A DNA stretch of 64,000 bases from Lama glama (Eukaryota): NCBI GenBank assembly GCA_028534125.1, contig CM052817.1, positions 52,826,001-52,890,000 of the forward strand, read 5' to 3'. A program made the position numbers and the translations under genes. This document shows, piece after piece, positions 39,225 to 52,736 of the stretch. Position 1 is the stretch's first letter; every line of letters begins with the position of its first letter. The notes under the pieces were generated by a model. The model was not told the origin of the DNA. It saw only the letters and a list, made by a program, of their open reading frames with translations, and did not search any database.

Positions 39225-39410
39225 TTTTAAGACTTGCTAGATCTGTCACTTGCCATGTGTATTATCTTTGAAAAGATATTTATCCTCTTAAATATTCATT
39301 TCTGCATCAGTGAAATAACAATTCATGTTTCTGGCAAATATCAAGTAAGGAAATTAACGAAAGTGATTACGTAAGTAATGGGGTAATTGGGTACTTTGAT
39401 AAATGTTAGC
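39225..39410 (+). mobile_element. MIR SINE
   Basis: GTCACTTGCCATGTGTATTATCTTTGAAAAGATATTTATCCTC...TCATTTCTGCATCAGTGAAAT. Confidence 0.5.
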
Positions 39411-39599
39411 AATTTTAAAAAAATAAGTCTTATAAAATGAATTACACTGAAACCTTTGATGCATAAAAATAAAAATGGCTTGCCACACACCCACATATAT
39501 TTTCATCATGTATGCAAATTTGTGATTTTCCTTGAATTAAAGAACTTAATGTATCTTATTAAGAATAGTATCATTATAAATACTATGAGTATTAAAATA

Positions 39600-40140
39600 T
39601 TTTCCCAAATTGCTGTGCCTGGGTACCATACCATTGTAATTTAGTGGTGTAAAGCAGTGACCATCCTCTTACGCTCTTGGACTCTGTGGCTCAGGACTTT
39701 GTCCAGGGCACTGCTAGATAGCTTCTCACTTGAAAGTCTCATATCATTTCAGTTAGATGTCAGCTGAGGCTACAATAATCCTACAATAATCTAAAGACTT
39801 GAGTAGGCTGGGTATTCATAATGGCTTGCTTACATGGCTTGCTGATGATACTTTCTGTTGGCTGGAAATTCAGCCAGTGCTGTTGCTCGGTGCAATAATA
39901 CATAGCCTCTTTAGCATGGCAGTCTCAGTATATGTGGATATTCCCAGAACGAATGTTCAAAGATAAGCACATAGAAGCTGCATAGCCTTTTACCTCTTAG
40001 TGTCAAAATCCATAAAGTGTTATTGTGACCATGCTGTAGTCATAAATATGTCCATATTCAAGGGGAGGTGTCATAGATGGCCACTGCTTGGTGAGATAAA
40101 CTTACTTATGAGGTAAGTTTACATTGTAAAACATGTGTGA
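39600..40140 (-). mobile_element. MLT1G/H-type MaLR LTR
   Basis: ATTTAGTGGTGTAAAGCAG...CTCTGTGGCTCAGGACTTTGTCCAGGGCAC...AGATGTCAGCTGAGGCT...CCATATTCAAGGGGAGG. Confidence 0.75.
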
Positions 40141-40529
40141 TGGGAAATAGAATCAGGAAGTTTCTGTCTTTGGGATCATCCTTCTGGGAAAAGTTATGTG
40201 TTCAGTTCTGTTTTCTGTCATGCTTGCGGAAGCCGAGAGACTCCTGATGAGACAGGCTCATGTTTATCTGGCCACCTGTATCTGTAATTGGATGGGTAGG
40301 TACCTATAATTCAAGAGTGAAGTGTTAGGGATTTTATGGGACCATGCATTTTATAAGAAAACAGATATATAAGAACATTTTCCAAATAGTTCTTTCAATA
40401 TTATTAGATTACTAAATAAAGAAAATATAAGAAGGATGTTATTGAGGAACATGTATGTGTGGAAATGTTTCATTTTTCAAAAGAAGTGAAATACAAAAAA
40501 AATGATTTTTAAAACAAGTAAAATAATAT

Positions 40530-40828
40530 GAGAGATTGAAGGATCATTGAGCTATGAAAGATCTTCAGCTGACAGCAAGAAAATGGGGACTTCACTCATA
40601 CAACTTCAAGGAAATTAAATTCTCCAAGACCTTGAACTAGCCTTGAAACATATTCTTCCCTAGTGAAGCTTCCAGATGAGGTGGTAGCCTGGCAGACAAC
40701 CTGATTTCAGCCATATGAGACATTAGACTTCTAGAGTTCTGATCTACAGGAACTGTGAGATAATAACTGTGTGTTGTTTGACAGTGCTAAATTTGGATAA
40801 TTTTAAAGCAGCAATCAGTGATTAATAA
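40530..40828 (+). mobile_element. MLT1D/E-type MaLR LTR 3' part
   Basis: CAGCTGACAGCAAGAAAATGGGGACTTCA...GCTTCCAGATGAG...TTCTGATCTACAGGAACTGTGAGATAATAA. Confidence 0.8.
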
Positions 40829-41779
40829 AGCACTATTAAATATCTTACAAATACACCTAGTTTATTATTAAACAGCATTTCAGAAATGTCTCATCCTTGC
40901 CTGCCTTCTCAAATGAATTCAAGATAAAAGTCAGAAAAATCTGGTAATTTAATGTCTACATCTATTGTGTGGAAGCCATAAAAATGGTTCCCACAGTATC
41001 ATAATACTTTACAACTTTGTAAAAGATACAGATATTAGATATAGATATGGAAATTAAGGCTGTATCACAACAAAGCACACCAGGAGACAGTTCTGAAAAT
41101 AATAAATTCTAGCCCTTATTTGAGAAGTACACTTACTAGGATTGAATATCAATGAGACATAATTGCTAGATGCTTGCATACTTCAGCTTAACAAAATAAA
41201 ATGGTCTAATTTTTGAAATGTTGGAAATGTCAATGTATGCAAATTTGAGGAAGGGCTGGAAATCATAGGGTGACAGAGGGAAGAAAGAAATGAGATGAAA
41301 TCCTACAATTAGATTTTCCTGATATGAATATGAAATGTAAAATACACATAAAAAGACTGGTAGTAACTCCTCAATTGCCAATGTCACCATGTTCTATAAA
41401 ATGATAAGTGGAGAGTCTATGTTAAAAAAGATGAATGACCTCAAACTTTATAACCTGTAAAATAGGATTTCAAAGTTAATGAATGGGCTGTTTCCTTAAG
41501 ACATTATCATCAATGCAACAAATATATAAAGTACATTCTCCAGGAAATATAAGAGGTCTTTTGTAAACCTATTCCAAAAATATGGATATTTTTATGACAG
41601 TTCAAATTACCACCTCCCTGCATTCTTAATATACAGGAATTTATAACTCATTAAATATAGATACTATGCATTACTTCATTTTTTCTTTCTTTGCTCTGAA
41701 TATTTTGTTAAATCTTGACATTTACTATTCTCCAGGGATATTTAAAACATATTAGATTACAGCTTTATAGATTTGATTT

Positions 41780-42700
41780 TTTAAATTCTATTTTATTTAT
41801 TTTTAATGGGTAATATAGTTACAAGGAAAAATCAAAAGAAACAATAGTATGAATGAAAAATAACCATTCTTCTTACCCACTGTCTCAACTCTCCTTTTTT
41901 CAAATCCAGTGGTGCTTGCAATTGTCCATCTTTTGTGAATTCTTACAAAAATATTTTATGCGTATATAACCATGTGTTAGTTAACAGAACAGGAAACCTT
42001 AGTATACCACAAACATATGAAGTGATACTCCCTCTGACCAGCATTTCAATGAGATACAATGTTAATCATGTGAGCTCTTCTACATGAACATTCATGTAAC
42101 TATGATGGAGAGTAATTTGAATATATCTTACAAAGTTTAAGATGCACATAGTCAGCAGTTTCATGTTATTTCTATATGATAAACTCACAAAAATGCATAA
42201 GGAACTATGTAAGGAATGTTCACTGCAACATTGAACAAAAAAACAACAAACAACAAAGGAAAAAATTTTACTGATAAGAACATGGATTAAAAAATCATGA
42301 TATACTTGTGCAAATGGAATACTAACCTGCAATAAAAACCAATGCACTGGCATTCCAACATCTACATTGATAAATGTCACCAATATATTTGACCAAATAA
42401 AAATGTTTTAAAAGAATACACAAAAAAAGATATAATTTATATAAAGTTCACACAGATAATACATCCTTTATGTTGTAGGGTATGTATACATACATGGTTT
42501 TGGTATAAAGTTGCACTTTTGTACATGTTGGCATACTATACTTAATGTTCAGAGTCCTTGCCTTTCTCACTTACCACTGTATCTGAAAAATTTTCTTTGC
42601 TACAGAGATCTGCCTAACTTGCTGCCTAACAGCTCTTTGTATTCCATTGTTTCGGTGTAATATAATATCTCAATGTGTACACATTTACTCCCTCAATCTC
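41780..42700. mobile_element. Nested L1ME-type 3' fragments (minus 41780-41970, plus ~42080-42480, minus ~42520-42700)
   Basis: Plus segment GTAAGGAATGTTCACTGCAACATTG...ATGGATTAAAAAATCATGATATA...AATGGAATACT; the flanks resemble the antisense L1ME 3' UTR. Confidence 0.5.
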
Positions 42701-43748
42701 TCCTCTTTCCTGCCTCATAACACAGTTTAAAACTCTATATTGACAATGGCAGAACTACATGATTAAAGAAATTTGTGTCTTGAACCAATGCTTGAAGAGT
42801 GTGACAAAAATCGGTCATAATGTGCATATTTTAAAGTACAAGCTAAATATTGAGTCACATTTAGAGAATAAATAAATTATAGAGAAAAAATATGGCAAGG
42901 TATAAAAAAAAGAGAGAAAGGAAAAGACTTTCTTACATGCCTTAAAGTCTACGTACTGATTTAATAAAATAAATGGGGCTCAATAATTCACACAGCATCC
43001 ATCATTTCCACACTTTAATCTCATATTAATAAAAAAAAGTCTTGTTGGCTTAGAGGCTTATTTGAATTGATTATATTATGTGCTCAGAAGCTGTGAAAAC
43101 TAAGCAACACACATTCCTGAAGAGTGATTTAAGAAGATTAGGAGAATTGTTTAAGAAGCTTTTAATTCAAGAGAAGCAATTACTCCAATATGCATAGTAA
43201 CATAGGCTGTTTTTCTACATAAGCTAACAAATTTAAACAACTGAAGGAGAATGAAATTGATTCCTTCGAGAATTTAATCAGCTGCAGAGTTTATTAGTGT
43301 TTCACTTTGGTGGTATCAGTGCTTACCTACCTTCTTTCTTAAAATTTTGCATTCAAATTTCATACAAATTCTGAGAATTCAGGCTAAATTCCTTCAAACC
43401 CAAATGTAATAGGAATATGTTTAAAACCAAAATGTGAAATGCTGGCATGAGGATGTTCTATCCACATTAATTACGGATAACCTACTATTTGCCAGGCAAA
43501 TCTGATAGCCCTGAAAGAGATTAAACTTTTTTAATCAGTGTACTCTGTGTTAATAAAAGTTTCCCTCAAGGCAAAGTACATTTGAATCTATGAAAATATT
43601 TCCAAACATTATAGTCATATAGTCATTATTAAATGGAAAAAGAACCATTTTCTAAGTTTCAAAATCACCCTCATTACCTCTTTTTCAGGTGTTTTCAACT
43701 TCCCATTATGTTCTCTACTATAGGTGGTTAGAAACACTTTCACATTTT

Positions 43749-44182
43749 TGTGACAACCCCTCAAAGGTGGTATATACTCCCTTAAGCCCAAATTTGGTTT
43801 TCTTTTTTTCTTTTTTTTCTTTTTTTTTTTTTGAGAGTGATAGTGACATACAAGCACCAGGAGGGTATGAAAAAGTCAATTGCTCACATAATGAGGCTTT
43901 TGGGAGATAACAGATCATACTCTCAACCTGCTCCAAGGTTGGCTTGCAAGAGAGGGAAAGGAAACTGGCTTGAATTTTACGGTGGTTAAAAAGTAGAGCT
44001 GGGGTTGAGCATTCTTACAGTGCTGAAGGCTTGTACAATTTAACTTCTCTACCAATTCAAAAGCAGGGAGCTCCTGGGCTTCCTTATTAGTTTGCCCAGA
44101 CGTAGAACAGAGGGGAAGTGGCAGTGGTGGGACTTGAAAGTTGTATGCAGTCAAATACCAAAATTGGATTCAATTTTATCAT
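43749..44182 (-). mobile_element. ERVL-class solo LTR (LTR47-like) with an internal poly(T) run (43797-43832)
   Basis: The minus strand reads ...GAATCCAATTTTGGTATTTGACTGCATACAACTTTCAAGTCCCACC...CTGGGCAAAACTAATAAGGAAGCCCAGGAGCTCCCTGC. Confidence 0.65.
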
Positions 44183-44385
44183 AATCTAAATGTGTCAGAA
44201 ATTGCTAAATGATGACCTTACTTTTTTCTTTTTCTCCTTGCTGTACTATACACTTCAGAATTCAGGACAGTCAGGGATAGCTATGTGGCTGGGTTTTAAC
44301 CATTGAGCTTTGAGAGTAAGTGTCATTAAGACTTCTGGGTCTACATTTAAAATGTAATGCACAGTATATATATTTTTCTGGGTGG

Positions 44386-45047
44386 CTTTTTTAAAAATTA
44401 AAGTCTAGTCAGTTTACAATGTGTCAATTTCTGGTGTACAGCATTATGTTTCAGTCATATATACATGCATATATTCATTTTCATATTCTTTTTCATTATA
44501 GGTTGCTACAAGATATTAAATATAGTTCCATGTGCTATACAGAAGAAACATGTTGTATATCTATTTTATATGTAGTAGTTAGTATCTGCACATCTCAAAC
44601 CCCAATTTATCCCTTTCAACCCCTTTTCCCCACTGTTAACCATAATTTTTTTTCTGTCTGTGAATCTGTTTCTGTTTTGTAAATAAGTTCATTTGTGTCT
44701 TTTTTTTTTTTTTTTTAGCTTCCACATATGAGTGCTATCATATGGTATTTTTCTTTTTTCTTTCGGGCTTATTACTTCACTTAGAATGACAGACTCCAGG
44801 TTCATCCATGTTTCTGCAAATGGCATTATTTTATTTTTTTAATGGCTGAGTCTAGTGTTCCATTGTATAAATACACCAAAACTTCTTTATCCAGTCATCT
44901 GTCAATGAACATTTAGGTTGTTTCCGTTTCTTGGCCATTGTAAATAGTGCTGCTATGAACATTGGGGTGCAGGTGTCTTTTCGAATTAGAGTTCCCTCCT
45001 GATATATGCCCAGGAGTGGGATCGCTGGATTATACGGTAAGTCTATA
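44386..45047 (-). mobile_element. 5'-truncated artiodactyl/camelid-type L1 (3' UTR and ORF2 C-terminus)
   Basis: ORF 44852-45091 contains DLPYNPAIPLLGIYQ...TCTPMFIAALFTMAK...QPKC..TDDWIKK (L1 ORF2 C-terminus); T-run at 44387. Confidence 0.92.
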
Positions 45048-46669
45048 TTATTTCCTGTCTTGATGCAGAGTAACACAATCACATTTATCAAGTATCATTA
45101 CACATGTTAAATCTGTAACTATTTTGTCAGTTCATTGCTTTCTCAACCAGGATCACATTTTTTTCTTTCCTTTTTTTTTTTTTTTTTTCACTTTCTGCTC
45201 CAGATGAAAGCCTTCTGTGGCAGGGAAACCTGTAGTGATCATGACCTGATCTACCTTGACAGAATTTCCACTCTAACTAAGCTAAGGAGAGAATATGAGA
45301 ATACCTCAATATTACCACAGACTTGCAGTCTTCTCACTCAAAGTTTAATATTTTTTCAAGAAAAGAAGCTTCTAATTTGTTGTATTTCATTGATCAAGTC
45401 CAGAGTCCTAAAATGGCTGTTATTCACAGTTTTGTCCAGTTCTGTGGTTGCTTTTCAGCATGCGATTTGCTGAACTTCTCAATTTATCATGCCATGATTT
45501 TTGCTTCCCTCATTTCTGTTGAGTTTCCTTTCTTATTTTCTACTTTAAATCTATATTTTCTTTAGAACACTTTCTGTGATGCCCATTTACATATTTGTAC
45601 ATTGGTGTCAATTTTAATTATAATGTGTATGTATGAAGTGATTTTTCCTTTTATTTCAATTTTTCTGAGTTCAGAATATTATTTTTAATTTTTTTCTTTG
45701 TTCAATCATCATTTTTTGGATTTAAGCTAAATCTGATTTATGTTTCTCCTTCATTGCTATCATTTTTTTTTTCAAAATTTCATTTTCAGTTGGTTTTGAA
45801 ATACTGGGTTACACACTTCATCTGATTATGGGCATATCTTTAGAGCAAGCCTTCATTTTTTTTTTTCTTCCACTCTGTACGCTTCTCCTCCTCCTATATG
45901 AAATTTTTCTTGCCTTTACCCTACTGACCATGCCCTACTCAAATGGATTGATATTCTTAAAATGTTTACTCATTTTAGAATTTTGTCCTGGCAGGATGTT
46001 TTGGCCAGCTAGCTAGTATGTTTAGGGCCCAGTATGTATCAATACTCAGGTATTTTCCTACTTGCTGGAACCCAGACATATTTTTCTCAGCACAAATTGG
46101 AACTCAAAACCTCATTTGACTTTTACTATGTTTCTCAGATGAGCCTGGCAAATTTCCATTCCAAGTGAAGATTCGTTTATGTAATGAAGATTTGTTAGAG
46201 CTCTGTTTTCTGTGGTTCTCAAGATCACTTCATGTTTATTATTCCCTTGCTTCTTTTTAAACAGATTTTTTTTTATTATTATGTAGACATTGTTGCTTTT
46301 GGTGACAACTGCTAGATTGTGGCTTATGAGTATACCTTGTTACCTAGTTTTTATTGATCAGTTTACAGTAGTTGATTTATAAGCTAGTTTATATGACATT
46401 TTAATTTCTATAGCATAGGAACCTGGGAGATGTTTTTAACACAATATTACCTTGCTTTTAGCTGGTCTTTTGAATGTTTCTCTGTTGTAAAGTGGTCTTT
46501 TAAATATTACTCTTAACACAGTTTGAGAGAAATAGAAACAAAATGGGAGACTTTAAAATGATATTGGACAAGAGAAGAAAGGACAATAAATCCATGTAAT
46601 ACAGGAATTGTTTGTGGAGTCAGATGATATTTAGCCTAGTGAAAATGAAAATCAATAGAGACATAGCTA

Positions 46670-47484
46670 TCATATTTTTCAGTTCTAATTTTGAACTAAC
46701 GTTAGGCTTAGAAGAAGCTGCAAAAATATTAGAGTTTCAATTTACCGTTTACCTAGCCTCCTCTATTGTTACCATCTAACATAACCATAATACACTTACC
46801 AAAACCTGGAAATTAACATTGGCCCAATATGATTACCTAAAATGTAGGCCTTAATTAGTTTTTTTTTTCCCCACAATAATGACTATTTTTTTCTTTCCTG
46901 ATCCAGCATTCGAAGATTTCCCGTTACACGTGTGGCAGTTCCCCGATCTTTTGTTGTCTTTCATAATCTTGACACTTTTGGTGGGCATTGGTCAGTTATT
47001 TCATACATGGTCCCTCAATTTAGGGTTGCCTGATGTCTTTCTCATGATTAGAATCAAGATACATGTTTTTGACCAGGCTACCTCAGAAGTGCTGTGCCCT
47101 CTCAGTGAGGGCATCACATCATGATGTTAACTTGTCTTACTATTTATTAGACATAATGTTAACTGTGATGACTTTGTAATGGTACTGTCTATGGGATTTC
47201 TCCACTGTCATGTTACCTTTTTTCTCTCTTTATAATAATTAGTATCCTCAGGATAAACACCTTGAATCTATGCATATACAATATTGCATACTTTCACATG
47301 CTAACTTCAGCATCCATGGAAGAATTTGTCTGCAGTTACTATTACTGTGATGCTTGACTAAGGGTGATTTTTATTTCCCTCTTCTCTTCTCCATTTAATT
47401 TTTGGAATTCTTATCTAAGGAAGAGCTGAGCCTTCTCCTCCATAGCCCCTTTCTTTCTTCCTTCCTTCCTTCCTTCCTTCCTTC

Positions 47485-47548
<64 letters not shown>

Positions 47549-48070
47549 TTTCTTTCTTTCTTCTTTCTTTCTTTCTTTCTTGTTAGAATTATCTTATTTC
47601 TGGAACTGTAAGATATTCTAGGCTTATCTCATATTTTCTCTTCAACCCCCATCTCAGTGTGGGCAGCTAAATTGCTACAACTCCAAGCATCCATGATTCC
47701 TTTTTTTTTTTTCCTTTGAGAATAGCCTTTAGAAACGTAGATTGGGCTACTGGGGTGTCATGGCTTCTAGGCAATCATAGGGAACAGAGCTAGAAAATAT
47801 ATGTATATGTGAGCCTACAGACAAATCTACATTTTTATCTATTACCTATCACTTATCTATCTTACTCTTAAACACGGTGAGTTCATGATGATAGCTCTGA
47901 TTCTTATTCAACAGTACAAGATTATTTTAGCCTCCTTTTCTTTCTTTGACTTATTTCTCCAATAATGAGAAATCTGGCTTTCATTATCTCCAAAATATTC
48001 AATTATTGAATAAAGCTTTGTGTGTGTATAAAGCATTTTTAGAATTCCTAATCCTTAACTCTGTGACAAA
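46670..48070 (-). mobile_element. L1MC4/L1MC5-type 3' end
   Basis: TAACATAACCATAATACACTTACCAAAACCTGGAAATTAACATTGG; TTGCCTGATGTCTTTCTCATGATTAGA; GGAACAGAGCTAGAAAATATATGT. Confidence 0.75.
47449..47581. repeat. (TTCC)n(TTTC)n compound microsatellite
   Basis: Directly visible ~130-bp pure pyrimidine tract. Confidence 0.97.
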
Positions 48071-48074
48071 AATT

Positions 48075-49172
48075 ATTATTTGAAGTATAGTTAATTTTCA
48101 ATATTGTGTTAGCTTCAGGTATACAGCATTTTTGCCGATTATATTCCATTACAGTTATTACAAGATACTAGGTGTAATTACCTGTGCTATACAGTATATC
48201 CTCATTGCTTAACTATTTTATGTATAGTAATTTGTATCTGTCAATCCCATACTCCTGATTTGTCCCTCTGCCCCTTCCCCTTTGGTACTGTTTGTTTTCT
48301 ATGTCTGTGAGTCTGTCACTGTTTTGTATATAGATTAATTTCTATTACATTTTAGATTTCACATATAAGTGCTATATGGTATTTGTCTTCCTCTGACTTA
48401 CTTCACTAAGCATAAAATCCTCTAAGTCCATCCACATTGCTGCAAATGGCAATATTTTATTCAATTTTATGGCTGAGTAATATTCCATTGTATATTGATA
48501 CCACATCTTCTTAAGTCAATCATCTGTTAATGGATACATACATTGTTTCCATGTCTTGGCTATTGTAAATAGTGCTGCTAATGAACATTATGGTGCATCT
48601 TTTCAAATTAGAATTTTCATTTTTTGGGGTATATACCCAAGAGTGGAATTGCTGGATGATATGGCAGTTCTATTTTTAGCTTTTTAAGGAACCTCCATAC
48701 TGTTTTCTATAGTTGCCTCACCAATTTACATTCTCACCAATAGTGCACAACAGTTCCCTTTTCTCCATACCCTCTGTAACATTTATTATCTGTGGACTTT
48801 TTGATGATAGTCATTCTGACCACTGTGAGATCATACCTCATTTTTGTTTTGATTTGCATTTTTCTAATAATTATTGATATTGAGCATTTTTTCCAGTGTC
48901 TATTGGCCATCTGTATGCCTTCTTTGGAAAAATGTCTATTTAGGTCTTCAGCCCATTTTTTGATTAGGTTGTTTGTTTGCTTGTTTTGATATTGAATTGT
49001 ATGAGCTGTTTGCGTAGTTTGGATATAAAACTCTTGTCTGCGGCATCATTTGCAAATATTTTCTCCCATTTTATAGGTTGTTTTTGCCTTTTGTTGATTG
49101 TTTCCTTTGCTGTACAAAAACTTTTAAGTTTAATTAGGTCTCATCTATTTATTTTTACTGTTATTTCTTTTT
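48075..49172 (-). mobile_element. 5'-truncated L1 (L1MA9/L1_Art-like): 3' UTR and ORF2 C-terminus
   Basis: TTGAAGTATAGTTAATTTTCAATATTGTGTTAG...CCTGTGCTATACAGTA...TTCCATGTCTTGGCTATTGTAAATAGTGCTGC...GGAACCTCCATACTGTTTTC. Confidence 0.9.
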
Positions 49173-49174
49173 AA

Positions 49175-49697
49175 GTCTTTTCCCCTGGAGAGTAGGCCCT
49201 AATTGTAGAGAATATTCTGAATATATTCCAAAATGATTACTTTACCCCTTCCTGCTGCCAGAGTCAAAGCGGGTCTTTCTTGGCTCTTCCCCAAGAGAAC
49301 TTTATGAGGCTTTTGGAGGCAAAAATCAATGAAAGTTGCGAGATAGGGGCACTTGTAAAGTGCAATCCCTAGATTTTCTCACTGTCTCACTAATCCTTAC
49401 TAAGCCTCCTGTAATTTGTCAAAATTATTATTTAAGTGCATTTACCAGTATATAGCTCTAAAGCACTCTGTCCCAGGTAATCAGATCTTGGTTTTGACTC
49501 TGTATTTGCCTGTTTCTTCAGATTTCAAGGTGTGACTCTGTATATTTTCCTATATCTTCAGATTTCTATTACCTCACCTCTCCAGTAAGTCTAATAAAAA
49601 TCATTGATTTTCAGTTTACTTGGCTTTTTTCTTAGTGTAAAAACAGGAGTAATGCCCTTCAAGCTCTTTACTTGCTAGAGCTAAAAGCAGAAGTGGC
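49175..49697 (-). mobile_element. Old L1 5' UTR (L1MC/L1MD 5end-like)
   Basis: AAAATCATTGATTTTCAGTTT...GGAGTAATGCCCTTCAAGCTCTTTACTTGCTAGAGCTAAAAGCAGAAGT terminus. Confidence 0.65.
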
Positions 49698-49749
49698 CTT
49701 CCTGTTTTGTTTTTGAAGTATTTTTTAATTTTAATGCATTATAACCTGA

Positions 49750-51550
49750 GAGTATAATTGTTATATTCTATTTTATTAAAGTGACTCATTTATATAATTA
49801 ATCTAGTATATGATTTATTTTTGTGAATGTGTTAAAGGCACTTGAGAATAATATGTAGGGTGTTGTGTTCAATATACATCCATAAATTTTACCCTATTAT
49901 GTTGTTCAGGCCTTCTTCCCTTACCTATTTTTTTGTCCACTTGATCTATCTTGCACTGAGCATGATATATTAAAACTTACTATTATTATCATGTTTCCTT
50001 CTGTATCTATCACATTGCTCATTGTATGTGCATCATTAAATTGGTTTATGTACTATTTTTATGCTTACATATTGATACATTTTATATCTTTATTGGGACT
50101 TGTGACTTTTAGCATTCAAAAGTGTTCTTTTCATGTTTAAGGTTGTAACACTCAGATTCCGATTTGTCTTCTAGTAGGATCTTTAGATTTAGATGTGTCT
50201 CGTGTATAGTTAGGTCTTCTTTGGGAGCCATTTTGAAAATCTTCTTTGAACTGTAAGTGAAGTTCATTGTCTCTTGTTATGAATGATAAGATTTTTCTAA
50301 CCCTGTAGTAATATTTATTATAATTTTGTATTTTTTTATTTGCTACATTTATTTCTCTAAAAGATGTATATTGTTTTTTCCCTTAATTAGTCTATTTGCT
50401 TGTTACTTGTTTTTTGTTCAGGAGGGTTTGTATTTTTTCTAGTTTTTACATTTTGCTTATGTTTTTCAATGACCTCAGACATTTAACAACTTAGTTTATC
50501 CGTTTATTGTTACATCCCTTAATATAGACCTTTTGCCTATATATAAATGAGCTTTTCCATTTTCTATTTCCACTGGCATCACTTACATATGTTTTAAAAT
50601 TCTCACCAATCATACAGTTGAATTATATTCACTGTGGTAGATTCCCTAAGAAGGGCTGAAGGTGAAGAATTCTCTGAGTTCCTGTTTGCTGAAAACAATT
50701 TTTTTCTAAAGCCTTGATATTTAAAAGGTAGATTAGATATAACATCTGTGGTTCACAGCTTTTTTCATTTATTTATTTTTAATGTGCTCCATTGTTAACT
50801 TTCTTTTGCATTCAGGTTTTGCAAAGTCTGATGAGAGTCTGCTACTTTCGCTTTTTAAAGTTGTTTGATCATTTTTTCCTCGTTGAAGCCTTGATAAATT
50901 TTTTTTGTTTGAAATCTAATACTTGTATTAGGATATGACTTGAAGTTGACCTTTCTTTGTAAGTTTTTCCATAGTTGTTTTTGCTTTTTTTCCTTCTGTT
51001 TATGGAAAGCTTTGGATTGTAGTTTGTTTTGTTTTTTAACATTATTTAATTTTCATCTTTAGGCACTCTGATGATTTAAACATGTTTGATTCTTGGTAAT
51101 TCTTTCCATTTCTACTCAATTTTTTCTTTTTTTCTGTAATATTCCTTCTTTTGTTTACTTCTCTTACTTTCTTCAGTGTCCTTTATTAAATTTTCATGAG
51201 TCTAATCCTTTTGGGAACTATTAAAATTTATTCTTCATCTCTGATATTTTGTTCTTTTTTTCCACAGCTTTCTGATTTCAGTAAGTTCTCTTCATTAGCC
51301 CATTTTTTTGTCCTTTTTTGTGTTTAGTTTCTGAGTTAACATATTTTTTGTATATACTCAGTGGTTTTATGAGTATATTTACCTCTGTTTGGGAATGTTG
51401 ACTTACTTTTTCTTTTGAATCATAACTGTTTTTAATGACGTTTTCTTCACTTGATATGTTGGCAATTTTGTTTTTAGGTTTTCTGCTATAGCTGTGTAAG
51501 AACTTTAATTTCCTCTTATTTATTTTTATGATAATGAAGTGTGTCATAAA
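49750..51550 (-). mobile_element. Very old L1/HAL1 remnant
   Basis: T-rich antisense L1-like motifs (GTGAATGTG...CACTTGAGAATAATATGTA; TTCTCTGAGTTCCTG; AAGTCTGATGAGAGTCTG). Confidence 0.45.
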
Positions 51551-52081
51551 ATTATTAGTTTAATGGTGCCCTCTTCTGTCAGGATAGCAAAGTCCAGTTA
51601 CTGTAACACATTAAAAAAAAAAAAGTTTTCTATGGGGATGTGGGAGGTTTTGTGAAAATTTCAAATTGATGGTTTACATTTGTTTTCAGATCCTTAAGAT
51701 TCCCACTTTTCTTCTCACCAGTTACTAAAGGTTATGCTTTTCCCTTCCTTTTTTGCCTTTTTTTTTTCTCCCACAGAATCTGTGTGTTGTAAGAACTGAT
51801 CTTTAAATTGGGCAATCCTTTAAAATTTGACTGGCTTTTTAAATAGCATGTGTAGCTTTAAATTGTGCTTAATCAAGTAACTGATACATTCAATCCTTTC
51901 CCTGTAGACCCTGATTTAATCTATCTAGACACTTTCCCAGTGGTTTTGGTTTAAAGTGGATTTCATCTTGGTGGCTATTCAAAATCATGCTCATGACCCT
52001 TCACTAGTCTCTCTCTTCTGTCTTCCCTGCAAATTTTCTGTCTGCATTTGCTTTTCACAAAGCCATGCAGCTGGACTGAGG

Positions 52082-52580
52082 NNNNNNNNNNNNNNNNNNN
52101 NNNNNNNNNNNNNNNNNNNNNNNNNNNNNNNNNNNNNNNNNNNNNNNNNNNNNNNNNNNNNNNNNNNNNNNNNNNNNNNNNNNNNNNNNNNNNNNNNNNN
52201 NNNNNNNNNNNNNNNNNNNNNNNNNNNNNNNNNNNNNNNNNNNNNNNNNNNNNNNNNNNNNNNNNNNNNNNNNNNNNNNNNNNNNNNNNNNNNNNNNNNN
52301 NNNNNNNNNNNNNNNNNNNNNNNNNNNNNNNNNNNNNNNNNNNNNNNNNNNNNNNNNNNNNNNNNNNNNNNNNNNNNNNNNNNNNNNNNNNNNNNNNNNN
52401 NNNNNNNNNNNNNNNNNNNNNNNNNNNNNNNNNNNNNNNNNNNNNNNNNNNNNNNNNNNNNNNNNNNNNNNNNNNNNNNNNNNNNNNNNNNNNNNNNNNN
52501 NNNNNNNNNNNNNNNNNNNNNNNNNNNNNNNNNNNNNNNNNNNNNNNNNNNNNNNNNNNNNNNNNNNNNNNNNNNNNNNN
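52082..52580. other. Assembly gap (~500 N)
   Basis: Run of N. Confidence 0.99.
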
Positions 52581-52736
52581 NAAAATGTTATGATAAATCA
52601 CAGAGAAAAAAATGTGACAATGAGTTTGTATATGTCCATGAATGACTGAAAAATTGTGCTGAACACTGGAATTTGACACAACATTGTAAAATGATTATAA
52701 ATCAATAAAAAATGTTAAAAAATAAAAAAAATAAAA
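52581..52736 (+). mobile_element. Young camelid-type L1 3' end with A-rich tail, emerging from the gap
   Basis: Its reverse complement aligns with 57311-57450; ends AATCAATAAAAAATGTTAAAAAATAAAAAAAATAAAA. Confidence 0.9.

Noticed and set aside
47402..47611. Hydrophobic Phe/Leu/Ser-rich ORF resembling a membrane peptide
   Set aside because: It is the translation of the (TTTC)n microsatellite.
49495..49566. ~30-bp tandem duplication GACTCTGTAT...CTTCAGATTTC
   Set aside because: A small diverged duplication inside an old L1 5' UTR, with no sign of function.
51956..52679. 181-234 aa ORFs
   Set aside because: Artefacts of translating through the N gap.
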